Source: Octopus vulgaris
Taxonomy: Eukaryota
Assembly (NCBI GenBank): GCA_951406725.2
Contig: OX597831.1
Span: 18,414,001-18,478,000, forward strand
Length of the DNA: 64,000 bases
Direction of reading: 5' to 3'
The notes under the pieces are model-generated. The model did no database searches and had not been told where the DNA came from. It worked only from the letters and a program-made list of their open reading frames with translations. This document shows, in pieces, positions 26,587-39,051 of this stretch. Both the position numbers and the translations under genes were made by a program. How positions within the stretch are numbered: the stretch's first letter is position 1; every line of letters starts with the position of its first letter.

Positions 26587-26813
26587 TCAATGAACACAAA
26601 AACGGCAGCCGCCTAGCGCAGGCGAAATTGTCTCAGAGTTGGACACAACCTACTGAAATAATAATTGGCACGCAATAAATTATGCCCAACTCACAATAAA
26701 CAAAATCACTTACCTCGACAACTTTCCGTTTTTGGTCTTTTTTCTTTAGTTGGACTCACGTCCACTCTAGCTCAACAAGAAGCAACCGACTAACTGCGCA
26801 TGTCTGGTTAGCA
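24575..26813 (-). mobile_element. ORF1-only L1/Tx1-like non-LTR element (gag-like ORF ~26114-24872 with two homopolymer frameshifts)
   Basis: ..WICGLPPDI..LEGRP(P)KCHRCLESGHIKKNCP CCHC knuckle. No EN/RT. AATAAA at the 3' junction. TSD aagctactt at 24566-24574 and 26814-26822. Confidence 0.7.
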
Positions 26814-27550
26814 AAGCTACTTACCACACAGCCACTCTTGCGCCTATTTTCCGAGAAACAGTAGCAGCAGTTTTAAATCTGTCCTTTTTAACCAGCTTTA
26901 CCATAGCACGATCTTCTCTCTTGGTCGTTTTTCTTGGCCTACCTGTAAACTTTCTTGCTTCACATGAACCACAATCATCGTAGACCTTAAGAATACCATG
27001 TACAGCACTTTTTGACTTGTTAACAATCTTTGCAATAGATCGAATACTTAAATTATCCTTCCTTCGAAGCTTAATAATCTGCTGACGAATTGGTAACGGA
27101 GTAAGTGGCATTATATTAACAAAGTACACTGCAGATATTCTTACTAATGTTTAGTAAACGAACCGTCATGTAAACAAATTCAAAACATTAGAGTTCGTCG
27201 GTTAATTATACTAAAACACGGAGTAAAAGCAACTGTTCTGATCATTTTGGCCGCCATGGGTTTTGCAGTAAATCACTAAATCATCTATAACTTTTGTATT
27301 ATCCTCTCAAATTACACTAAAATATCAGGCAATAACAAATAATATTGTATTTATTGTCTGTGAAAATTATAGAATATAAAACAACTTTGACAAAAAATTA
27401 TATCTACTTTTCTGACGAAAACAATGCCGTTCTGAACATTTTGGCCGCAACTGTATATAGTTATGTAACATCCATGGGTGTATTGCTATAATAATATTAT
27501 ATCGGTATATAATTTACACGCAAGTATAAGCACGTGCCTGTAGATGTATA

Positions 27551-27830
27551 TACGAGGGGAAATTAAACATTATCCGTACTTTCTTCATAACATACCTTTA
27601 TTATTGTCACATTGTCTTCTGCGCATGCGTGCTTATAGTAAGTACTACTGTAGACACGTGATCGACTTCCTAGCGTGGTCACGCCATTTTTCTTTCTGGC
27701 TTTACAGTGTAAGCATGGCCACTCCACTAAAAATGTGCACCTAAGACAAACAAATAGCAGCTATCCAATTCATCTGGTGTTTCTGCTGCTGAAAATTATT
27801 ACACGCTTTTAGCACAATACGGGGATAGTA
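27551..27830 (+). mobile_element. Mariner 5' relic
   Basis: TA-cgagggg terminus and a decayed N-terminus MATPLKMCT*DKQIAAIQFIW. Confidence 0.45.
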
Positions 27831-28809
27831 CGCACCATATCGAAAGGCATGCCAGGCGACGAAGTTTCTTTATTTTATTGAGGCCTACAACGATTACAGT
27901 ATCAAAAGTATGCTAAAAGTAGGGACAATAAAAATCTATCAACTTATCAAAATACACGCGTTAAGGTCTTTTTCATACGCATTACGAGCCTGTAATAAAA
28001 TCTGAAGCTGTAATAAAATTGTCTTTGCTCTGATGACAAAACTCTGAAATCGGTCCGATATGGTAATCATGGAATTTTTTAGAAATGTCTGTCGACCTTT
28101 TTTCGAGTAGCGCGCGTATTGTGAAAAAATTATATGATTAATGAACAAAATGTCCAATCTTTCGGCATATTTGGCATTAGAAATTTTTTCGTTTGCCCTC
28201 ATTTATGAATTATATATATATATATATATATTCATATATTACACTTTACCCTTTACATATGTGTCTGTGTTTGCGTTCGTGTATGTGTATGTGTGTGTGT
28301 GTGTGTGCATGGCTGTATGGAAATACGTATGCAAATACGAGCATCCATTGGTTTGACTATCACTATAGAGCTAAGCCGTTTCTATCATTATAATATAGCG
28401 TATGTAAACACACCAGAAAGTTCTTTGTTATTTACGGAGAGAAAACTACTATGGAAGAGTCGTAGTAAACTACTATTATATAATTCTTATTATACTATGA
28501 CGCATCCATTGTAACTCTCTCTCCGTACCTTACAAAGTCTTTGTGGTTTATTTACGAATATTATATGTGGTATTAGGCATTTTAAGTATATATTCATTGA
28601 ATTTGCATGAAATTGATGATTGGATGTTTGGGCCAATCGGATCCGCGAGCAGCCATGTTAGCGCTGGGTTCGATTCTGGCTAGGTTTAGTCCATCTTTTT
28701 TCGGCTATTTATTTTTTATTTATAAATTTTCGCTTCAAATCAGAGAATATATATATAATAATATAGTTATCTGTTTTATGAAAACTTTTTAACTTTTTTC
28801 TTTTTTCAG

Positions 28810-28891
28810 GAGTTACACGGACTTTCTTTCTTGCTTTAATAAACTTGATAGTATTTGCCATGACAACTTTAAAAATTTTCACAAGTGTTTC
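28810..28891 (+). CDS. Gene B exon 3: (K)SYTDFLSCFNKLDSICHDNFKNFHKCF
   Basis: Long polypyrimidine acceptor ttttttcag, donor gtaagt, 82 nt, phase 2-0. Joins exon 2 in frame. Confidence 0.85.
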
Positions 28892-29191
28892 GTAAGTTAT
28901 TTATTATTAAAGTTTTATTGGCGGACAAATTAAATATTCTGGAATTAAATAATTCAGATGTATTAAGTCTCTTTCTTTTCTTGATGTTTTGTTAAAATCA
29001 GGCATTCAACAGCAGAAAGGCCACATTAAAAAGTTCCCAGTTTAATATGTTTCTATTCTTAATATCTTTATTTCCAAATTAGCACGAAAGACCAATAGAT
29101 TATTTGGTCAAACAAGCAGATGTCTCTGCTAGACTTTCTACAAGCATTATTGATCGAACTAATGAAGGTATTTCCAGAATAGTTAATTAAC

Positions 29192-29242
<51 letters not shown>

Positions 29243-32200
29243 GATGAGCATGGCCATCCATGCTCATCACCAAATAATCAAAAGAAAAAGAAGGAAAAAT
29301 GGTCTAGGGAAGATAATAAAGAAGTTCTTGAGGCCTTCTACCATGCCATATATTTCCCCACAGATAAGTCTAGCACTGTACAAGCATACTTAAACTGGAG
29401 ACAGAAACACCCTGAAGTAAGACCCTACATAGACAGTAACAAGCTTGCCAATGTTAGAAGAAACATTATAAAAAAGAAATTACTGACTGAAGTAGAGATT
29501 GATCAGGTTAGACAAGCAATATCGGATAAAATGAACGAAGCTGCAGCTAGAGAAGATAATACAGAGGAAATGATTATAGACCAGCCCAGGGCGGATAAAA
29601 ACGAAGAGAGGATTGAAAGAGTTAGTATAAGTGATAGGCAAAGTGAAATACGCCCTGAACCAATCATAAACACTAAGACAGATGAGCATCAAATAGATAA
29701 AGAAAGTCACACAAATATTGACCCAACAGAACTACATGAGCTAAAAAATCAAATCATGATTGAATGGCTGAAAATTAAAGAAACCAGCATGGATGAGCGT
29801 GATACACTTCCTAAAATCCGCAACTCTAACCAAAACATGAAAATAATTGGTAAAATCCGGCTTGCACTTAAGGATATAATTTCAGTTAATGATGTTGATA
29901 TCACAAACCTCAACCACCTATACTATGCATCCGCGAAAATCTCAACGATCCTATGTGGTGTAAAGATTAGAAAACGGCAACAGTCCCACAAAAAGCCTTC
30001 TTGGCAAGAGCGTCTGCAACAACAAATTAAAATATTTAGATCTGACATTGAATATTTGAAAAACCTTAAGGCTCACAAGATTACCAAACCTACAAAAACC
30101 CAAAAATTACTGAAAAAATACAATATGAAAACTATACTTGATATTGATGCCACCATAGAAACCATCAAACAAAAGGTATCTGCCAAAGCTGCCCGCATAG
30201 CGAGGTATGAAAAGCGTGTTAGATTTTTCAAGGACAACAACATGTTCAAAAATAACACCAAGAATTTTTACCGGAAGATAGGAAAAACAGCGTTTACTGC
30301 AGGGTCTGTACCATCAAAAGAAGAAGTGCAGAGATTTTGGAATAAAATCTGGGCAGAAGAAAAAACACACAACGAAAAGGCCCCCTGGATTGACAGAATA
30401 TCTACAGAACTGGACCCCTTAGAAGAGCAAAAGTGGGAGGGTGTCAAGGTAGAAGATATAAGATCTGCTCTCAGGAGGTCAAGCAAATGGAAGTCTCCAG
30501 GAAAGGATAAAATTCCTAACTTCTGGCTGAATGCCTTCCCAGAGAGCCATGAACTGCTAACAGAACTGTACAATGATGTTTTGCAACACCCTAGTAGGAT
30601 GCCTCCTTGGCTAGTTAATGGGTTAACATTCCTGCTTCCAAAAAGTGAAGAAACAAATGAACCAAAAAACTATAGACCCATAACTTGCTTAACAACTATG
30701 TACAAAACACTAACATCTGTCCTGACGGAATATACCTATAGTTTTTTAACAGACAGCAGCATATTCCCTAATGAACAGAAAGGATGTAAACGTGGATCCT
30801 ACGGCTGTAAAGACCAACTACTCATCAATAAGATGATCTTAGAAGATTGTCACAAACGACACAAAAACTTATCAATAGCCTGGATAGACTATAAAAAGGC
30901 TTTTGATAGCCTACCACATAGCTGGATTAGAAAATGCCTTGAAATGTATAAGATAGCACCAACTCTGCGAAACTTCTTGACTGTAAGTATGAGATCATGG
31001 AGAACCACACTAACTCTGAACAGTGACAGTGAATTCCTAAATGCTGGTGATGTAAAAATTTCGTGTGGCATTTTCCAGGGTGATTCACTGTCACCACTCC
31101 TCTTTTGTTTATCCTTAATACCTCTCTCAAAGCTGCTCAATGACGCGCAGTACGGGTATAAAATGTTTGATAAAAATATAAATCATCTCGTTTACATGGA
31201 TGATTTAAAGCTTTTTGCAAAAAATGATCAACAACTCAAGGGCTTACTAGCGATAGTCAAACAATTCAGTGACGACATCAGAATGCAATTCGGCCTCGAT
31301 AAATGTGCAAAGGCTACCTTTATCAAAGGAAAAATGACAGAAACATCTAACGTTAACCTTGACCAACAGAATGTCATAAAAGAACTAGACCCAGCGGAGA
31401 GCTACAAGTACCTAGGGATAATTGAAGGGAACGGAATAAGGCATTCAGAGATGAAGGAAAGGATCAGGAGAGAATGCTATCGAAGAGTGAGAGCAATACT
31501 CAAGACAGAGCTGAATGCAAGAAACAGGATCGAAGCAATCAATGCATTAGCTATACCAGTCGTGACTTACAGTTTCAATATTGTTAACTGGTCAATTACT
31601 GAAATATGTCAGCTCGACAGAAAAATAAGGAAACTGTTGACAATGCATAGAATGCACCACCCTAAGGCAGATACAGAACGACTCTATCTGCCAAGAAAAG
31701 AGGGAGGCCGTGGTCTTTTGCAACTGGCAATAACAATGAAGATTGCTACAATTGGCCTAGACACCTACCTGAAAAACTCTGAGGACTGGATGCTAAAACT
31801 TGTCTCAAAACATGAAAACAAGAAAGCATCATACTCAGTCACAAAACAGGCAAAGGAATATCTAAGTGAATTCCGAATACAACCAATTTCGGAGATAGAT
31901 ATACAAGAAACAAGCACAGAAAAAGCTAGGCGCATGAAAACCCGTGCCAAAACTGCGGCCTTAGATATTCTGAATAATAAATGGCAAGAAAAACCTCTCT
32001 ATGGCAAATACCCAAAGAGAGCGAATAATGCAGATATCGACAAAGCCCTGACCCATCAATGGCTAATGGCCTCTGGCTTAAAATCTGAAACAGAGGGGTT
32101 TATCATAGCAGCTCAAGATCAATGCCTACCAACAAGAAACTACCAGGCCAACATATTAAAGATCAGAAGCAGTCCAACGTGTCGTGTATGCAAGCAACAA

Positions 32201-32980
32201 AATGAAACCATTGACCATGTGGTCTCCAAGTGCAGTCTTCTAGCGCCTACAGAGTATCTCAACAGGCACGATAGAGCTGCACAATATATTCACTGGGTAA
32301 TCTGTAAAAACCTGGATTTGCCCCATGAAAAAAAACTGGTGGGAACACAAACCACCCCCAGTGCTTGAAAATGACCACATCTCACTCCTCTGGAACTTCA
32401 CCATTCAAACTGACAGGAAGATAGATGCAAATAGGCCAGACATCATATTGAAAAACTTCAAACAAAGAACATGCCTCCTCATTGATATGACTGTCCCAAT
32501 CGATATAAACGTATCTGTCAAGACCTACCAAAAACTGAGCAAATATAAAGATCTTGAAATAGAAATCAGCAAAATGTGGAAGCTGAAGACTAAAACAATA
32601 CCTGTTGTCATAGGTGCCCTGGGAATGATAGCAAAAGGGGCTGATAGCTACCTAACTCAGATACCAGGAAACCCAAAAATGGCAGAAGTTCAAAAGATAG
32701 TGCTCATGGGAACTGCTCATATCCTACGCAAAATACTCTCTATGTAATCTCAAGGTTTAAAACAAACATAATTTTCGGTTTAAAAAAAAAAAACCAAAAA
32801 AAAAAACCTTTTTTTTATTTTTTATTTTTAGACATTCATTAGTACAACATCCCCACCCCCCAAATATATGGCACACTAGGCATAACAACAACATGAACTT
32901 CCAACCCTGTTGTCTCTTGAGGTCTCTGGGTGAGACTTGGAGCCAACTTGTACAAATATAAAGCAAAAGTCAAACATAGA
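29243..32980 (+). mobile_element. Near-intact R4/Dong-type non-LTR retrotransposon (RT plus restriction-like endonuclease) in (TAA)n, inside gene B intron 3
   Basis: Frame open 29243-32368 (KWSREDN.., GIFQGDSLSPLLF, YMDD, CRVC..H...C, RHD). An 8-A run at ~32328 shifts into the RLE motifs RPDI..D, K..KY..L (stop at 32747). (TAA)n on both sides. Confidence 0.92.
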
Positions 32981-32990
32981 ATAATAATAA

Positions 32991-33059
<69 letters not shown>

Positions 33060-34123
33060 ATCTACTGCAAAAATATCTACTTCAGAAGGAAGAAAAACTA
33101 ATACAAATAGCGGCAAAAGACGAGCAAAACAAAAAACTGTTCTCAGTATTTAAGGAAGCTGACAAATACAAACAAGAAGAAGAAGAAGAAACAACAAAAG
33201 CTATAAAACAAATGTAATCCAAACTAAAAATAGAACAGCAACGAGCCATGATAAAACGATGGCAAGAAAAGCCCCTTCATGGTAAATACTGGACTAAACT
33301 AAACGCAAAAGAGGTAGAGAAAGAAAAATCCCAGCAATGGTTGAGAAGCTCAGGACTCAAAGCAGAAACAGAGGGATTTTTAATTGCAGCACAAGACCAA
33401 TGCCTCCCCACCAGAAATTACCAAAAACATGTTTTGAAAAGAGATGTAACAAGTAACTGCAGAATATGTGGAGATGGACAAGAAACAATAAATCATATTA
33501 TCTCTAGCTGCCCAGTCCTGGCTAAGAAGGAATATATTCACAGACATGACAGAGTTGGAACCTATATACACTGGAAGCTATGCCAACATTATGGAATAAC
33601 AACAGAAAAAAATGGTATAGGCACACACCAGAAAAGGTCACAGAAAACGAGAAAGCAACCAACCATACTCTGGGATATGCCGATACACACAGATAGAGAA
33701 ATTAAGGCCAACAGACCAGATATAGTTGTCAGAGACCATGAAGAAAAAAATGCTTTCTAATTGATGTATCAATACCGGCAGATGACAACGTGTCTCTAAA
33801 AGAAATGGAGAAACTCTCAAAATACAAAGACCTGGAAATAGAGGTAACTAGAATGTGGAACCTGAAAACAGAAACAATTCCTATCATAGTAGGTGCATTA
33901 GGCATGATAAAAAAATATTCAGACAAATACATAACAAAAACACCAGGACTTACAAACACATATAACATACAGAAAATTGCACTACTAGGCACTGCACACA
34001 TCCTACGCAGAACACTTTCCATACAATAACCATCAGAGCATCACAACAAATCACAGCACATACCCAAGGCACACAGAGCTGCGCTCGGTAGTGAAGTGAA
34101 AGCACGCTATAAAAATAAAACTA

Positions 34124-34127
<4 letters not shown>
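33060..34127 (+). mobile_element. 5'-truncated second Dong-type subfamily in tandem, followed by (TAA)n
   Basis: WQEKPLHGKY..GLKAETEGFLIAAQDQ..CRIC..RHD..RPDI..KYKDLE, with frameshifts and a different 3' UTR. Confidence 0.9.
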
Positions 34128-34202
<75 letters not shown>

Positions 34203-34259
34203 GTAATAATAATGCTTGTGACGCGCTCCATATATTTCAAAAATGACTCATACCAAGAT

Positions 34260-35440
34260 CGGCCAATACACCAGACTTTGGTTATGGCGTTAAAGTTTGA
34301 ACTGCTTTTGAGATGGAAGAATAGTTTTCAGTTTTTAAATTACATTGCCAGAGCAGATATTATCATCTGCGTGAGAAGCTGAAGACAAATACTGTTAAAT
34401 GCAATGAGGATTTCTAAACGTTTATAATATATGATATGCCAGGATGTGCTAGAAAATTATTATTCTTTTGACAGATATAGTATCCGAGAGAAAATGTCCC
34501 AAATGATGCTTCAACAACTGCTTTCGTTAATTTCACAATACATTGAGATCCAACAAAATATGTGGCACTACCGCACGTCATAGACAATCTCCAATGAACA
34601 CATCTAGATGCCTTTTCATGTATCCGTTTGCATTTTTTAAAGCCAAATACTATATTCTCTCAGCAAATCTTACAAAGGGGCAATTCACTCCTCTTATCAA
34701 TTTTAAACTTCGTCTATCTTGTTCTCAACGCTTGCTCCTGAACGTTGCAAATCAATGCCTCAGTGCATTCTTTTCCATCACTTTTCCTGAGTCACCGCCA
34801 TGTTTTGCTCTTGCTTTTCCCTTCAATTTCTCTAAGGAATTGCCCATGCACTACTTTCAACTTCCTGTTATTCAGTCTTTGCTCTCGTTATTTTCAAATT
34901 CTTTTATATGTTTTGCATTTTTGCGAGATATCATGTTATTTCTAATAGCAATAAGTACTGCTGGCTGCTTACCATCACAAAGTTCACAACGCATAGCTTC
35001 CATCCCATGAACGCATTTCCCACCTCTTTTTCGGGATACATGAAATCTAGTTGCATCACTGTTAATATTCAATTCCGTGTTCCACGCAATAACTTTCCTG
35101 ATTTTTCTAAACATTGCCTCAAGTTCGTTCATGTCTGTCCAAAAACACTTGTGCCATTTTGCATTAAGAAGACAACCCATTCATTCATTTCCCTCTTCCT
35201 CTTCTTCCTTCCACTCAGTCCGCTCATCATCATTTACTTGATTCTCCTGATATAGTCTCCTAAAACTTTCTTTCAACTCCATCCCTTTGACATTTTCGCT
35301 TATTCCAACATGCATAGATGCTTGTATTAATCCGCCTCAAGATCCGTAATAATCTCGCCGCCGGGCAGTTCTACAACATCGGATGATATTTACCCTTTTA
35401 TTTCACGCTCACCCTTACCGGAATCATCCATATACAGTAG
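34260..35440 (-). mobile_element. Old RLE-type LINE relic
   Basis: ORF 34872-35180 (W..NELEAMFRKIRK....NSDATRFHVSRKRGG) matches the RT thumb region of the Dong copy. Confidence 0.6.
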
Positions 35441-36586
35441 GTGGTTCAATTTTCATCTATTTCTTATCTATCAGAAGCCACAAACAGCAATGGTTATTGA
35501 GTATTTCTCTGATATAAGACGATCTAGATTTTAATCTTTACGAAAAACGCTCCATATAACGTTACATCTATGTTACATGTATATTACATGTTCTCATCGA
35601 CCTCCTGATAAAATTCAAAATGTTATCAGGAATCCGTGCCAACTGAACGTTTCTTCGTAAAATGTAGGGAGTGGGGAGTGACATCTCATCAGATTTCGGA
35701 TAAATTATGCGTCCAGATATCAGTTCTATGCCCTGATTTTCTCCTTGCATCCGTTTTGTTGTACTAGAATCTTCTCATTCATTCCAAGCAAATCATACAC
35801 ACAATTAGATATTATACCTGTCATCAATTTTCACATCAAGTTACATGAGAACTTAAGTCATCCTTTTGTTCTGAGTTCCAATTCAGCCGATGGCAACTCA
35901 GCATTTCATCATTCCGGTTCTGTAAAATAAGTACCGTTTCAGTATATGGTTCAGTCTAATGGACTTGATTATTTTAAGGCGACGGTGGGCCAAATAGTTA
36001 GCACACTTTATGAAACATTCAATGGTTTTCCACTCGTCTTCATGTTGTCAGTTGATATTCGTCCGAGGTCGCATTTGTCTGTCATCCTCTCAGGTTTAAT
36101 ATAATAAAACACAGTTGAGCTCTGGTGATTCGGTTTTCATCCATTTCTTATTTATCTGAGAGGAATCAGAAAACACAAACAGCAATGGCTATTGAGTTTT
36201 TCTCTAATATAAAACGATCCAGATTTTAATCTCTACCAAAATCGATTATGAAAACGATTAGCCCCCGGTCTCAAAATTTCAATCACCGTTTAGTTTAGTG
36301 TCATTGTTATTATCTTTATGATTAGTATTACGTCTGCTAATTATGTTTTACATTACATTGCTTCATTAATTAATATCTAACATAACATGATGGCCATTTC
36401 ATGAGGTATTGTATTTACATACTTTAAATTCATAATCACTAATCACAATTTGTATATTACTAGCAATGTTATAATTGTGAATGCTGAAATCCAGGTCCAA
36501 TTCATAGACTTGTGCTTGTGACGATAAACTGAATGCAAATTTGTTTCAGATTTATACGTTAACGAGGTATTACGTCTCTATTTCAG

Positions 36587-36622
36587 CATCTGGCGCTACA
36601 TAAACCTAGTAGCAAAGATAAG
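36587..36622 (+). CDS. Gene B exon 4: HLALHKPSSKDK
   Basis: Acceptor ctatttcag, donor AAG|gtacgtga, 36 nt. Same length and donor as 54699-54734. Confidence 0.8.
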
Positions 36623-37219
36623 GTACGTGATCTCTTTACAGCTGCTAGATCGGAACTTTAACTGCAGTATCAGTGATAACCTTTGTATTTACACCTGCAT
36701 AAATAGTGTAACATAACTCATTTGCTATATTACATCATACACAGAATATCATTGCATTACTGATTATTATATTTTTTGAAATATATGATAAACGACCCCA
36801 AAAATCTCTAGAGTAATATGACTACATAAACATATTCATTATTGCTTGTAGTAATATTATTAACCACTACAAAACTATTACAATATCAGGCCTAGGGGAA
36901 ACTTGGAATCAATGTGGTGTGTAACGGTCATAAAAAATATGTGCAACAAAACATGTATAATTTTCATATTATTAGAACACGAAAGATATGCATTTGTTAA
37001 TAAAAATGCGCACATATGGCCAATTTCATTTCATCATTTATCAGTTAGGGACAAACGTTTTTGTCCCACCAGCTACAGCATGGAATCTGCCACTCTTTAG
37101 CACATTTAGCTTCAAAATACGATTTCAGATCAAATGTCTCGCCCTGGAAATACATTTCATAAATATTCTTTCCATAAACAAGTATTAAAGTCTTCTACAT
37201 TTGTCTGTTCTCTTTACAG

Positions 37220-37279
37220 GTGAAATCTGGATCAGCAATCATTACTGCATTTGTGGGTATATTTTTCATGCATAACTAA
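37220..37279 (+). CDS. Gene B exon 5: VKSGSAIITAFVGIFFMHN* (GPI-signal-like tail); spliced CDS 309 nt, 102 aa
   Basis: Acceptor ctgttctctttacag, 60 nt to TAA. Clear nucleotide similarity to 55897-55956 and its 3' flank. Confidence 0.85.
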   Translation: MKSGSAIITAFVGIFFMHN

Positions 37280-37789
37280 ATAGGTTAAATGCCATCATAA
37301 ATAATATACCTGTGTTATTTTGAAGATCTTAATGAGGTGGAAATCATATATCTCTGAAACAAGCCATCGGAAGAGACTGACCTAAACATTTGACATTTCT
37401 CTTTCTATTTTAATTGTAATAAATCATGAACATAACCATCTACTTAATTTTGTTATCCCTTTATGACATCCAACGATACAGCAGCTGCCATACTGAAGAA
37501 CAGTTTACGTAGTGCGCTCTCATTATATAGTACCAAGCTTTTTCCGAGCGAGGATTTCCAATGTCACTGCCCTCATTTGCATTTCTTGCAGGGATGTCGG
37601 TTCGTCATGAAGCGCAGAAAGGATGGACTCCAGTTGAGGCTTAAATTCATTTACATTCCCTCCATGAATATTATTCCGTTTCTCTCCCAATACATTCAAC
37701 GTTTGCTGTTGATTGTCATCTGCTTATGTATTTTATTAAAATAATGGCTTCCAAATAAGAAAATTTCTACTTTGTTACATATAGCAATA

Positions 37790-37995
37790 TTTTCTACTAT
37801 AGGCACGAGGCCTTAAATTTGGGGGAGGGAGGTAGTCGATTACATCGCCCCCAGTGTTCATCTGGTACTAAATCTTTCGACCCCGAATGGTCGAAGGGCA
37901 AAGTCGACCTCAGTGGAATTTGATATTAGAACGTAGTGACGAGCGAAACCCGGTAAGTATTTCTTCCTGCTTGCTAACGGATTCTGCAAGCTCAC
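37790..37995 (-). mobile_element. tRNA-derived SINE (family of 11087)
   Basis: Reverse-complement core gtcgattacatcg.ccccagtg..ggtac..tcgaccccgaa..ggcaaagtcgacctc. Confidence 0.8.
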
Positions 37996-38994
37996 CCCTA
38001 TTTCTTATATATGATAATAATTATTATTATTGATCATTGAAGCAGCTGCTTTCATTCTTTCTATGTAATTCTACCGCGTACCACGGTGATTGGCCGATTA
38101 ATAGTTTGACCCCGAGATATTATTTTGGTCCGTTCATAGTGTCTTGACACTTGCATAGTTTTCGAATCATCGCTACGAAGGTAAACATCATCGTTTTATC
38201 AAGTGTTGGTTGGGCATTGTAAATATGCAATCACAAACTTCAGTTTAACCCGTACATCTGACTCTGAGTTGGTCTTTACTGGGTATAAAGTTGTGCACAA
38301 ATGGCGTTTAACGTTTATGGCCGTTATTTCAGTAATATTTAATTGCTTAATCCATAAAAGACTAGATCTTTGGAAAATATCATAAGCGAATATATTATTT
38401 CTGAGGATTACTGACGGAGATCAAATGTAGCGGGCGTCATAAACTAACTCTATTAACTCTGGTATCATATAACTTATTCCTTTGAACACTGCAATTCGTC
38501 TGCCTTATTGGTAGTAAACATTTATTCACGCAGATTTATATTAATATACAGAAAAAATACATATATGTATATGTATGTGTATTTTCCTATGCATACATAA
38601 CTTATGTATCTATATTTATATTTCTCTGTCTCTCCCTCTCTCTCCATCTCCATATATTTATATAGGGGATATTCCGTATAAATTTGAGTTCGCTTAAAAG
38701 GAAGATAAAACACAATATTTATTATTCCAGCCGACAATAAAAGTAGTTTAAACTATCAAAAATATCGACTAGATTACGATTAGGAGATAGCAGCTTCGTC
38801 CATTAACCTCTGTCTGCTTACAGAATTATGCTTATCCAAGCTTAAATCGCTAACAACGAGGGATAGATGTAATTATTATATCCATCAATGCGGTCTTTAT
38901 TGTGTGACTGGGAAGATCTGTGAACACATTGACCTTGACTCAAATCAGTCTGCTGGTTGCAATCGCGACAGTTGTTGTCTTTCTCAAAATCCTA

Positions 38995-39051
38995 CCACAC
39001 ATATTAATCCACATATTAATCCACATATTAATCCACACATATTAATCCACA
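38995..39051 (+). repeat. 12-bp minisatellite (ccacatattaat), about 4 copies
   Basis: Direct reading. Confidence 0.85.

Larger units (their letters stand above)
23161..27453 (-). mobile_element. Tc1-family (DD34E) transposon with ~225-bp IR-DR terminal repeats, transposase split by nested insertions
   Basis: TA-flanked TIRs caattgcggccaaaatgttcagaac / gttctgaacattttggccgcaactg with an inner repeat. N-terminus with GRPRKTT at ~26846-27111; FSDESKF, FMQDNAPCH and SPDLNPIEN at 23471-24172. Confidence 0.92.

Noticed and set aside
36550-36566. 17-nt AG..GT-bounded micro-exon candidate before gene B exon 4
   Set aside because: It would shift the frame and leaves only a 20-nt intron.
38995-39051. 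CRISPR-like repeat array
   Set aside because: Contiguous 12-mers with no spacers, in a eukaryotic context.
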